Shown in pieces: positions 8,201-18,800 of a stretch of DNA of 27,101 bases. A program made the translations under genes and the position numbers. The DNA is from Candidatus Thorarchaeota archaeon (GTDB lineage Archaea > Asgardarchaeota > Thorarchaeia > Thorarchaeales > Thorarchaeaceae): NCBI GenBank assembly GCA_004524445.1, contig SDNP01000036.1:1-27101 (forward strand). Reading direction: 5' to 3'. Below the pieces are notes generated by a model. That model had not been told where the DNA came from. It saw only the letters and a list, made by a program, of their open reading frames with translations, and ran no database searches. Positions within the stretch are counted from its first letter, which is position 1; the number at the start of each line of letters is the position of its first letter.

Positions 8201-11200
8201 TAGCGGGAATTGAATCTGCGTCGGACGTTCGATGGTGGTAGCAAGAACCGTCTTAGACCTTGCTGAGTAGTATGGCAGAATGCTGCTTCTGTTAATGAAG
8301 ATTCGAACCGTGTGTCCAGATACAAGTGCTGAATCATCGAGAAGAGTTGAATTGAATTCTATCTCGTAGTAGTCGGAAAATTGGGTCAGTAGGAATGAAT
8401 TATAGGGTATGAGGATTTCACTCTCACCATGTGACAATATGATGTATGATTGGTCAATATCAATTAGTTCACTTGTTAGAAAGTCCTCGAACTTGAACCG
8501 AATTGTCATATTCTCTAGAAAAGCTACGCTACCCGGCGTCTTGGTTATGAGAATTTGAGTTGGTCGTTCGATAACACGAGCATTCATACTTTTGACGACA
8601 TTGGCATAGAAGGGGGCTCCTGACTTCGATGCAGTCACATTCAGCGAGTAATCAGCAGGAGCACCTAATGATGAGCTGTTCAGTAGAATGGTATACTCGC
8701 CGGGGCTGGTTTCTGAAACCCAGTAATCTGTGTTAAAAACAAGAGTCAGAGGATCGGATGTCACAATTATGGATGCACCACTAATGCCCTCACCCGTTGA
8801 ATCATCGGTATAGCTCACAAGTATTGTGAAGTTCTCAAGGTATGCCGTTTCATCCGGGCTCTCGTATCCTAGCTGAGTATTTCTCTCGGAAACTGTCAGC
8901 GTGAAAATATCCAATGCGTCTGCCTCATAATTTCCCCCAGAGTACGATATTGACGCATTGATTGTGAATTGACCCACAGTGCCATTGAAAGATGTATTCA
9001 GAGTGACCCTATAGTGTCCTTGCCCAAGGTATTCGACGTCATAATATGAATCCGAGATATTTAGTGATAGGTTTCCCGTCATGCCGTCGGAACTACCGGA
9101 CAGCCGGTCCGTGTATTGGAAGTCGATAGTGATATTATTTGCATACTGACCCGGAGTGAATGGATCATGAGTCAGCTGGGTAGGTCGCAAGGTAACCATG
9201 ACTAAGAATTCTTTGTTTTGTATGGAGTCATAATATGGTGTACCAGTCCATGTAACGTTCAGATGGAGAGTGAAATCGCCCACACCACCGAGAGATGCAG
9301 AGTCTATTGTAACGAAGAATGTCTGACTTGCAGCGCTGTATGCAATTGTATAACCCACTGTTACCTCGTTGATTGATACCTGCAAGCTAGTTGAGTTCTC
9401 AATTACCATCGTGGTGAGGGAATCAATGAATTGGAATTGTAGAGTAGTTGTTTCACCATACGCCGTTGATGGAACGGGATTAGTATCTAGGTACGTTGGT
9501 CGACTGAGAGTAAGAAGGTTTACTGTGAGGGTCTGATTCTCATAAAGCGGGGCAGTAGCACTACGCCATCCGAAGAAAATCTCGAAGCTAAAGGTACCGA
9601 GCCCTTGCAATCGAGAGCTATTCAAAGTGAAATAGTAGAGACCCGGTTCAGTTACTGATTCCCAGACCACGAAGTCGCTCTGGACAGCAGGATTTTCTTC
9701 TCCTAAAGCTGTCACCATCAGGATGACATTCTCTGAAAAATTCGATATCTGAGATGAATTCACAGCATCTAGATATACAATACTGAATGAGAAGTTCTGA
9801 AGATAGTTCACCGCTACCGGTGCGTTTTCAAGATAGAGGTCTGTCTGACGCCCAATCAATCTGACTCTTGTATTGATTTCCTTTGATTCATATTTTCCAG
9901 ATAGAGAATCAATACTGATTGTGAGATTTTTCCACCCTATGGTTGACCATTGTGTGCTATCTATGGAGATATTGTAATGCCCGGTGCCAAGAAGAGAGTC
10001 GGTTACTGAGAATGTGATAGAAGACAATTCAGGAGTTGCCAGAGTAATCAGCAGATCGCCGGTGTCATTTGAAATACCTACGTCCAAGTCGGTATCCTCA
10101 AAGAAGACAAGGATGATAATATCATTGCCATGGTCGGTCTGCTGTACAGGCTCATCCAGCAGGAACACAGTCTTGTGTTGCTTGACGATTACATCAATGA
10201 CAAATGTCTGGTTTTGTATCTGATATCCTGTCAAATCGAATCGTACGGGATACGTTGCTAATGCATCATTATCAACAGTATAAATAGTTACATTGTAGGA
10301 TCCAGGACTGACTTCTTCCACTGTGTAGTTCATATCACCTTGCACGTGATTAAGGCTCCAGTTCGACACAATTGAGTTATTCATCCCAGTCATAGGTTCA
10401 TCATGGTCTACGTCTAACCATTCCACGGTGAATGAACGTGCCTCGCCAACAGGAATATCCAGAACGTTCTGTAGATATGTCGCTCTAGTATAGAGTTCTC
10501 GCACCGTAACATAGAGAAGACGGCTTTGAGGAAGAATAAAGTCTGCTGTGGCGGTTAGATTCACAACATAATCATCGAGTTCCATACCAGTTGTGTCGAA
10601 AGCCACGTCGAAGGTGCCAGGGCTTCCGCTGACTTCAGCGATATAGTATGGATTGCTCCAATTCGTTGTGAGCTGCCCATCATCAATCCCAGATCCGAAA
10701 TAGTCCTCGAATCGGATTCTGAAGGTCAGATTATCTCCAATTGGACCATCTTGCGAAGGTGAATCAGGAGATATAATGATAATACTCCCATCCAGATTTA
10801 GGTTCACTGTAAGGGTTTCGCTTATCGAATCGAAATTGGGATGATTCCATTCAATATCGATGATATACTGTCCTTTCGCACCCAGGTCGGTTGAGTCCAG
10901 TGTAACAATGTATTCGCCATCACCATTGTCCCCAAACTGGTTTATGCCATCAGTCCAATTGTATGTCATGACGCCCCCTGGTACAGTGACTCCAGGAATA
11001 TCCGTATCATTTACTAATATCCGCACCAGGAACAAGTCAGGATATGTCACGTTTGTGATCCAAGTAGATATGGCATCGGTTGGACTCAACAAAGTGGCAG
11101 TAGAAGAGTGGATAATATTGAAGCTTCGAACAAAGAATCCTGTCTTGTTCCATGCCGACCCTGCCAAGCTATTGTTTAGAATGGCTTGAACCTGCCATTC

Positions 11201-12874
11201 TCCAGCACTGGAATTAGTGCCGAAAGTAAGCACAGAGGTCGCGGCGTGACCTGTTGAATTGATAACTGCAATCTCTGAGTACCATTTAGAGCCTGATGGG
11301 TCGAATACGGTGATATTCACCGGTAGGCCAGAGAATTGAGAGTCATGAACAGTCACGAAACTGGACTTGTCATTAGCTCTCAAATCAATCTGTTGTGCAA
11401 CCTCACCTGTGCCTTCATGGTGCATCAACAGATTCTGGACCATATTTGGCGCATCGCTTCTTATCAGCCAGTATCCCCACCTATCATCGTGATCATATGC
11501 AGGAATCCTTGCCCACCATTCACCCTCATTCCATTCCGATAGACTCTGCGTTGTCAAAAGCGGAGAACCAACATAGTACACATCGCGATTCTGCGGAAGT
11601 GTTATGTTGAAATCGTATCGGTTATCGTATCCGTCTGGAATTTCTGCAAAGAACCAAGTTTCATAATTGACTGCTGAGGCATTTGTGACAGAATATGTTT
11701 CTCCATATGCAGTTGGGCTCTGAGTGAGAACAGTCATGTTATTTGCTCTTGCGTAGAGATTTGTGGTAACTGAGAAGTCAACTCTGATTTGCCTGTCGGG
11801 ACTGGGAGGAAGAGGATCGGGAGTCCAGCTGAACTCAATGGAAACCGGACTGGATGTCCAGGTGCTGGATGGCGTGTATGACAAGTTACCCAACCCATAT
11901 TGAGTTGTACCACCAATTGTGTAATTGTTTACATCATTGTCTTCGGCTTTGAGATTTACATTGCTAGGGGCTGCAAGTGTCTTCAAGTATAGCTCCACAT
12001 TGTCAACTCTAGCCTCAGGGTCTAGATTAGGATCATAGTTTACCGTTTGCTGGCTATACAATCCGACCTCAATATAGACACCATCTGACAAGTCAAACGG
12101 AGTCAAGTCGTCGATTTCAATCAATCCGCTATCAAACCATGCTCGAGCTGTATCAACATCATTGAATGACTTTTGCCACACTCGTTGGTTGTAGTTGCCA
12201 GTTTCAACGGTAACATAAATTGCCACAAATCCATCTCCACCTGACCACGATGAGTCGATCCAATAATCAAGCCTAAGTCCAGCCCAGACTACATCTCCAC
12301 GAGGTACGGTCATGGTTTGTGAAGCATAGGCTATTTTACCCTCATTGGGATCGCCAGTATAGCTAAATTGCGTGCAGTTATCATCAGTGCCATGACCACC
12401 CTCAAGCCATGAGGCGTCACCACTGACATCAGTCAAAGTCCACGACGATGGTGAAGTTTCCATGTCAGGGTCTTGTACCCAGGTTCTATTCTCGGTTAGG
12501 TCATTCACGGACAAAAATACGTTATATCCTTCCCAGCCATTACCCAAAGGAATTTCTACAGATGTATTGGTGGTTGCTTGACTAGTGCTATTGTATGTCA
12601 TCTGATTAGCAGAAAATGTATCAGTTCTGTTCCCGTATTCAGTGACAGGTAGACCGGAGGAACTGCCCTCCCATGACGACATAGCTTCTGATGGTGTCGC
12701 ATAGTTGTTTGTATCAAATTGCGGAGGAGCATCTCTCCTTTCAGTTATAAAGTCATGACTAGGTAGTGCATTCTGTTTGCCAGTTGACCCTGATATGGTG
12801 AAGACAGAGCTGAATATTGGCAATATCAGTATTGCCGCGAGAACGAGTGAAACGATTATTGTTTTCCTATTCAC
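5201..12874 (-). CDS. Giant type I membrane surface glycoprotein A (2557 aa): signal peptide, CBM-like plus MG2-like head, 17 Ig-like repeats, TM helix, 184-aa cytoplasmic tail
   Basis: N-terminus MNRKTIIVSLVLAAILILPIF. The ectodomain is Thr/Ser/Asn/Tyr-rich with many N-x-S/T sequons. Single TM at about aa 2351-2373 (nt 5756-5824), followed by a charged helical tail. GTG start with a perfect SD. Confidence 0.9.
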   Translation of the reverse strand: MNRKTIIVSLVLAAILILPIFSSVFTISGSTGKQNALPSHDFITERRDAPPQFDTNNYATPSEAMSSWEGSSSGLPVTEYGNRTDTFSANQMTYNSTSQATTNTSVEIPLGNGWEGYNVFLSVNDLTENRTWVQDPDMETSPSSWTLTDVSGDASWLEGGHGTDDNCTQFSYTGDPNEGKIAYASQTMTVPRGDVVWAGLRLDYWIDSSWSGGDGFVAIYVTVETGNYNQRVWQKSFNDVDTARAWFDSGLIEIDDLTPFDLSDGVYIEVGLYSQQTVNYDPNLDPEARVDNVELYLKTLAAPSNVNLKAEDNDVNNYTIGGTTQYGLGNLSYTPSSTWTSSPVSIEFSWTPDPLPPSPDRQIRVDFSVTTNLYARANNMTVLTQSPTAYGETYSVTNASAVNYETWFFAEIPDGYDNRYDFNITLPQNRDVYYVGSPLLTTQSLSEWNEGEWWARIPAYDHDDRWGYWLIRSDAPNMVQNLLMHHEGTGEVAQQIDLRANDKSSFVTVHDSQFSGLPVNITVFDPSGSKWYSEIAVINSTGHAATSVLTFGTNSSAGEWQVQAILNNSLAGSAWNKTGFFVRSFNIIHSSTATLLSPTDAISTWITNVTYPDLFLVRILVNDTDIPGVTVPGGVMTYNWTDGINQFGDNGDGEYIVTLDSTDLGAKGQYIIDIEWNHPNFDSISETLTVNLNLDGSIIIISPDSPSQDGPIGDNLTFRIRFEDYFGSGIDDGQLTTNWSNPYYIAEVSGSPGTFDVAFDTTGMELDDYVVNLTATADFILPQSRLLYVTVRELYTRATYLQNVLDIPVGEARSFTVEWLDVDHDEPMTGMNNSIVSNWSLNHVQGDMNYTVEEVSPGSYNVTIYTVDNDALATYPVRFDLTGYQIQNQTFVIDVIVKQHKTVFLLDEPVQQTDHGNDIIILVFFEDTDLDVGISNDTGDLLITLATPELSSITFSVTDSLLGTGHYNISIDSTQWSTIGWKNLTISIDSLSGKYESKEINTRVRLIGRQTDLYLENAPVAVNYLQNFSFSIVYLDAVNSSQISNFSENVILMVTALGEENPAVQSDFVVWESVTEPGLYYFTLNSSRLQGLGTFSFEIFFGWRSATAPLYENQTLTVNLLTLSRPTYLDTNPVPSTAYGETTTLQFQFIDSLTTMVIENSTSLQVSINEVTVGYTIAYSAASQTFFVTIDSASLGGVGDFTLHLNVTWTGTPYYDSIQNKEFLVMVTLRPTQLTHDPFTPGQYANNITIDFQYTDRLSGSSDGMTGNLSLNISDSYYDVEYLGQGHYRVTLNTSFNGTVGQFTINASISYSGGNYEADALDIFTLTVSERNTQLGYESPDETAYLENFTILVSYTDDSTGEGISGASIIVTSDPLTLVFNTDYWVSETSPGEYTILLNSSSLGAPADYSLNVTASKSGAPFYANVVKSMNARVIERPTQILITKTPGSVAFLENMTIRFKFEDFLTSELIDIDQSYIILSHGESEILIPYNSFLLTQFSDYYEIEFNSTLLDDSALVSGHTVRIFINRSSILPYYSARSKTVLATTIERPTQIQFPLIQDTPLGDNITIELSYIDYLSDEGIEGAELAVSSTNLTSFVNYTIELGDGLYRLLIPSGQFGQTGKLHFEVTFTKDGIPFYASRTARNIPATIRNILTSISYETPPAGVIPIGDPFRVNVTYTDTDHEVGIEGATISSDWADLYGRSYTVVEFSGGRYQVVLNTTGLIAQEYGFTITATLQYYEESQVSPSIQPGAPTVQINLQKSTYYSDWGQMKMVSFTVTDSYYGTLLSGMTATISFNDTLYNCIDAGNGTYYVNLDTSQVSYGVYSPLITVSRQYYQTRQREFTLVIYRATGQILPESSSIQIVRETESSLWIYLNDTTNNEPVADATVYMVWNNTIVSLSGNGTTGFYEGPLNVSGFSISTYDLQIYASAENHQFLSISVDVIVTPIPTSILVQEGTTSLSVTYGDVLGIYVEYNDTYYGGYLDGANISLVLGGYTASMEQLPDGRYYGEINSSLFSAQTLYLRVIARKDGYAQASRTQPFNILAIPTETAANVLTNDAYRGDTVNYTIYLNDTHTNAPIVGANVDIEWTGGTGTAYDLENGSYVISIFVNNSIPRLYDVTISVTKLNYQSSSITVGLLVKPTDAFIDAISQIDIPVNDTATVIVNLVNEFTNEVVGGVNALAIWETLGSTELIPLENGSYSFSVPGDLPIGQYRVALTFSTNLYRVPSHEILLNVRQVYTDLIYARTQIDAYPGAPVTIRITYLDTDHDTGITGVVPTVSVTEGEIRYYPDRLTDYDNGTYELYFEILQAYTMYIDVQFAKKDYQTQSVEFTVFSDLTPAQQAQQNAIVGGGTSLMIIAVLVVLYVKVWSIPKIVRKMNKMIKALSKGKIPDPADVPSRQATVLSAVNEEIKSVSIKKTAAEVAEIPIDIRAPEVNELLARLVEITGLSDEEIQAFRRDLSRMKASERPGFLKEVIEQEEARRADELAEKEVPSEAASEESLEQRPEDMEDLRSKLLKKGLPKDEIDLILEEAKGLSKADILALLESLGLDWD
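5855..11110 (-). repeat. 17 tandem Ig-like beta-sandwich repeats of about 100 aa in protein A (protein-level repeats)
   Basis: Recurrent consensus T-x-L...G...(I/V)x(V/F)x(Y/F)xD...(G/P)IxGA...W...(E/D)...GxYx(I/V)x(L/I)x(T/S)...Y, counted by eye over aa ~589-2340. Confidence 0.75.
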
Positions 12875-15800
12875 TCTTCATCACCTCCAAGTTGATCCAA
12901 AAGCGCTTGTATTTCGGGCTTTGTCAAGCCTCTTGCCTGCTCAACCATTAATTCCACTTCGTCCTCTTCAATTCCCATTTTCATGAGCTTGTTTCTGATG
13001 TCGTCCAGTTCTTCTTCTGTGAGCTTCTCAGGACCCATCTCTTCTACAAGTTCTTCTTCTCGTGCAGTTTCTGCGATTTCTTTTGCACGCCGGGACTTCT
13101 CTTGTCTGAGAACCTCGCCAATGAATCCCGCGCGTTCACTTGGTGCCATCTTTTCTAGGTCGTCTCGCAAGACAGACAGGTCATCTGCAGTGAGTCCTAC
13201 AACAACCGCGAGCTCATCAAGAAGCTCTTCAACGTCCAGAATGCTAACATCTAACGTCGATGGCGCTACATCATCAATGACCTTCCTAATGCCTAAAGGC
13301 TCCAAATTCTCATTCATGGTTTTCAGCAGCATGGTTCTCCGGTCATTGACATCTGCTCTCTCTGGAATTCTTCCCTTTTCCAGGGTTGAAACCATTGACC
13401 TAAGTTTTCGAAGGAGCTTGGGAATCGAAAGCACCCTGAAGTACAAGGCTGCTAGTGCAGCCAGCACAAGGAGAATGAGAGTTCCGTTAAAGAATGTCTG
13501 TACCAACAAAGCTTGTTCAGGGCTGATTTCTGAGTAAATGGGGATTGAAACAGTGCTAGACTGATAATCTCTCTTATCTAGGGTTATCTCGAGGGAATAC
13601 AGGGCGGCTTGGCCAGCCACGAATCTGAATACATAGGTTCCATTGTCATAATCTATTTCTTCATCTTCCAGCCGAGTTAGTCCAAGACCAGCCGCTGTAA
13701 TAGTGGATGTCGTATTCGATGCATCCAGAACAGCCATGTCGTGATCCAAATCCCAATATGTAACCGTTACGGAGAATGGCTCACCTGAATATATTATGCT
13801 GGGACTTACATCCCACAATAACTCAGTCAGAATGGCTCTAATTGTAATTTCCACAACAAGTTCTCCGGTACTATAGTTGCCCTTTGTGAGAAGAATTCGA
13901 ACCACATATGGTTGATTTCTGATCTCAAGCCGACTGAGATTAGTTTCGGCTGGACCGAACCGGTAGGAGCCATTTCCTAGATTCGCCAAGCTTAGGCCCC
14001 CAAATTCCCAAATCGCACTCGATGACGCATCACCTATTAGTACGTCATTCAGCGTATCATTGAAAGTGAATATGACCGAGTAGTCATCACCAACTGGAAA
14101 GACCCACTCTTGCGCGCCAATAACCTCTGTAGTGATAGGATTGACCAAGAGCTTAGCTTGAGTTTGTGCTTGTTTGTGTGCACTCTTTGCAAGAGTTATG
14201 GTGATATCATATGGAACCAGTCCTGCGCTAACGACACTTGTATTCACAACAAGCGAATAGTTACCGTTTCCAAGGTCGGAGAGAACTCCTACTGTATCCT
14301 CAAGCTGGAATGTGCTAGTTGCATCGGGAACACCCACAGCATTATGGGTATCATTGAGGAATAGATAGAAGGTTACATTTTCACCATAATACGCTTCTTG
14401 CAGAACATCTCCTAGAACTAAGATTCTTGTGGGGATCGGGTCAAGGTCCAAAGTAAAATCAAGTGATGATGTGGTGTATCCGGGCTTCGAACCAAAGATG
14501 GTAAGAGTCCATGTTCTTAAGTCTAGGCCTGTTGTGTTTACATCGGCCCTATAGTATCCGTCACCAGTTTCAGTTAGATTTCCAGTGATATCACTGACAG
14601 AGAATGAGAGGGTGGCACCGACAACAGGTAGAGAGAGGTCAGTGTTATTGAGAAATACCTGGATTGGTATTACATCTCCAATGATTCCTGAAACAACTGT
14701 TGTGTCTTCGACTGATACTATCTGAGTTGTCACCTCACGTATTTCGATATTAAGCGGAACAGTGAGGGATTTGTAATTCGCAGACTTTGCAGTTACAATT
14801 ATGAGATGATTTCCAGCAGGAACGTCTGACACAATGAAATGTCCAATGTATAGCTCTTGGGTTTCATTCCAAATCAGTGTGCCTTGACCATATGTCCAGC
14901 TGAACGAAACGGTACCTACTGCAATGGATGTGCTATTTGCAGTTACTACATAATCAGCCGTGATTGTCAAATTCTGTCCACTTACAGCTATTACTGGATC
15001 AATATCTGCAGAGAGAGATGATGCCGCTTTTTCAATTCTGATTGAAAAATCACGGCTTCTGGATTCATGGTCCTCCAGCTCAAATGCCACGGTGATCGCA
15101 TATTCACCTGCGCTTACCACAGAGGAAGTTATGTTTCTACCGTAGAGACCCTCACCTAGTTCCTGCAACTCGTAGACAACGCCACCTAGAGTTATATTCA
15201 CATTCCCACCAAGTACAGGGCTGTCATCGCGACTATCCGTGATATTTGCTACGAACTCTATTTCATCCCCCCAAACAGGTGCGATTGGGGTCAACCCCAA
15301 ATTGATTGAGATGGGCGTTGGTGAGAGCAGCAACTCTATAGCCACTGTTCTGTTGACGTGAAGGTACTTAGACGCGTTTATTGAGAAGGAATATGATTGA
15401 GCGGATAGACCTGATGTTTCTAATGTTAGCTGATATATGCCGTTTCCAATTTCTGTCAAGGAATATGGGTTCCCAACTGCAACACCCCAGTCGGTACCAA
15501 CGGCAGCGTCCTCTATCCCGATACCTTGAGAAATGTCGGAGTACGAAATGTTCACAACAATTGTATCACCAGTGTAGTATGTACTACCTGGTTCCAAGTC
15601 TAAAGTCAGTGTCGTCGACACCGGATTCACTGTTAGGCTAAACTGGACAGAAGTCAAGTTGGCATAGAATGGAGAACCTAAATACGTGATGTTCGCTAGA
15701 AAGATGTACTTGCCCAGCTCGCTTAGATCCGTGGTGTTGATGATGATTTCATACGTTCCGTCCCGCCTATCAGTTATCCAGTGCCCAAACGAAGAAACGT

Positions 15801-18800
15801 TCTCACATGAAACTGAAATCTGAGCTCCTGCGATAGGGTCACCACTGAGATAATCCGTGTATTCTATTATTGCGGTTCCATTGAAGTTGATGAATGCAGG
15901 CGGTGTTGATAGTACTGCTGCTTGGGTAAATCTAGCAGTTATAGCGACCTCAGTAGAAGCACTTGCATTGGAATAGAAGGGAGCTTCATCGCCCCATTGA
16001 ATCTCAACAAACAGCGGGTAACCCTGAACAAGTTCAGCAACCAGAATTGTTGAATTTATTGAGATGATGTATACTCCTGAGCTGCCCGTGAGAACATATT
16101 CAGAATCCAGCAGAAGAATATCTGAACCATGTTTCAAGACTAGGTGGCTCTTATTGATGCTAACTAGAGATTCAACAAGAGAGTCTGTCACTGTAATTTC
16201 GAATGTAACATTCTGTAGATATGCAGTATTCAGTGGTGATTCTGAAACGGATAATTCGAGCGGTCGCCGAGAAACCTCAATATCAACACTAGTTGACCGC
16301 TGAGTAAAGAACGGAGAACCTGTGTAGTTCACAATGATATCAATTGCATATGAGCCAAATGTGCCCAATGCTTCTGTTGAAATTCGTATTCTGTAATTGC
16401 CATCACCCAGAGAATCAATCCAGTAATTCACATCTTTTTCTAGAGTTTCAGCTGAGGTTTCTGATGAAATGAAAACATTTGCATTCTCGATGCCAAATCC
16501 ATTATTATCATCAATGTACTGAATCGTGATGTTAGCTTGAGTCAGGAAGGGGGCCAAGTCCGGCAAATCGCTAGTTAACTGAGTACGTCTTCTACTCAAG
16601 GTGAGGTAGAAGTAATCGGAAGCATTGGCCGCAAAGCGATCACCGCCATAGATGATAGTGGCATTGACTCTATAAATTCCAAGTGATGCAAAGGCGGTCG
16701 TATTTAGTTGAATTGTGTATGTGCCATCACCATTGTCATGAACGGTATAGTAATCACTCAACCATGAATCCAGTGTGAGCTCAGCGCCATCCATTCCTGA
16801 TAAGGAGTTGTCATCCAAGTCGGTGTAGAAAAAGTCCAGCGTCAAATTGTTACTGTATTGAACGGAATCGTAGCTACCATGAGTGAGGGAAGTGTACCTA
16901 TACCTTAGCTCTATGGTGATTGCAATTCCTGTTCTATTTTGATAAAAGGGAGAACCACTCCAGATAACATTAAGATGGAATTCAAATGTCCCGACATCGC
17001 CCCAATAAGTGGTATCAATGCTCAAGACAAAGAGTGCACTTGTTTCGAGATAGTATGTATCTAGTACCACGCCACCTTCTGAAACAGATATTTCTATGCT
17101 AGAGCTGTTTTCTATTCTCGAACTGCTTAGAACGTCATTATAGCTGAATGTGAAGTTTACAGGTTTGTCATAGGCTGTAATGGGCAATGGCGTGTACTCA
17201 ATCGAAGTCTGACGGTATATTGTTCGTACAGTAACTGAGAGAGATGCATTTGAATACAGTGGCAATTCCCCTTTCGTCCAGTTAGCGTAGACTCGTAAGT
17301 CACATGTTGTGATTCCTGAGAGATAGTTGGTACTGAATTTGATTTCATACTCTCCCGAACCAATTTCAGTCACCATAATCAACGAGCTATTGAGTTCATG
17401 GCCACTACTCAGTACAAGGACGTACATACTTACATTGAATGCGTACGGACCAGTCGAATTCACGATACCGGAGTCGGCTGCTACGTCCCAGTAGAAAACA
17501 GTGAAGGTAATATTTTCTCCATAGGGGGTTGAAACAGGATTGTTGCCAATAAACAGAGTTGCAGGCGTATCAGATATCCGGACACTGGTTGAGATAGTCC
17601 CGTTTCCATATTTCTCGATCGATCCTGTCCAATTGGCGAAAATCTCAAGGTCTTTCCAACCAATAGAACCCCACTGGTCTGCAGCAATCTCGATGATATA
17701 TTCGCCAAGTGTCGTGCCATTATAGACCGTGTACTCAATTCCTGGAACCTCGTCCGACAAAATGTAAATCAGCACATTATGTCCATTAGCAGTTCCGTTC
17801 CCAATTCCTGTCTCCAGTGTCACGTCATAATAGCTGACCGTTACGATGATAGTGCCTGTATAGGGTGTTGGCTCTATTGGGTTTACTAATGAAAATGTAG
17901 ATAGGTGAGATTGAATATCTACATCTATGTTGAAGGTATGATTTTGAGCCCCGTATTTTCTGACTTGAAATTGAACAGGATGGCTACCTATGAAATCGGT
18001 TTCCACCGAATAGAAGTCAACCCTGTATTCTCCCGGACTTATTTCAGTCACTGTGTAATTTGAATCTCCTTGAGCATGATAGTCAGACCAATTGCAAGAA
18101 ATAGCGCCGGCGGCACCTGTTATTGGTTCGTTATGGTCGGTATCCGTGTAGGTCAATGTTATAGAGCCTTGGGTCCCAACAGGCAATGGTAAGTAACTTG
18201 AAGATACAGCAATTGAGGTAAAGAGCTGTCTAACCTCTAAGAATACTGTAGTCTGAGATGTGATGTAATAATCAGCTACTGCAGAAATGACGATCGCGTA
18301 AGTATCAATCATCGCTGTTGATGTTGATAAGTTGAGCATATAATGACCCGGGCTACCGGCCACGGGACTAACAGAATATTGACCATCTGTCCAATTGCAT
18401 ATGATTGTGGCGTCCGTTATTCCTGCATTATCTTGATCATTGAATACTACTTCAATGGTTGCACTGGAACCTAGCGGAGTTTCAACACTAGGAGCATCTG
18501 GAGAATAGAGAGAGGTTTCTTCAACAATATTGATTGTGAATATTCTCTCTATCGGGTCATAATGCTGTAATGACCATGTGATGGTAATTTCGTAACTGCC
18601 TCTGCCCGGTAAATCAGAGGTATCTAATACAACGCTGTATTCGCCGGTGCCCATGTCGCTTAGAGGCTGCGTGCCCGTAGTCCAATTATATGTGGTTATC
18701 CCTCCGGGTAGCAAATCAGCATTATCGGAATCGTTTACTCTAACTTGTAATAACATCTCTTGACCAAGTGTCAGATTTTTTGTCCATGTACTCTCCGAGC

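Noticed and set aside
12290-12305. RGD tripeptides in protein A (VPRGDVV in the head, YRGDTV in repeat 15)
   Set aside because: Not conserved in B (RGE and YGE at the equivalent positions), and expected by chance in a 2.5k-aa protein.
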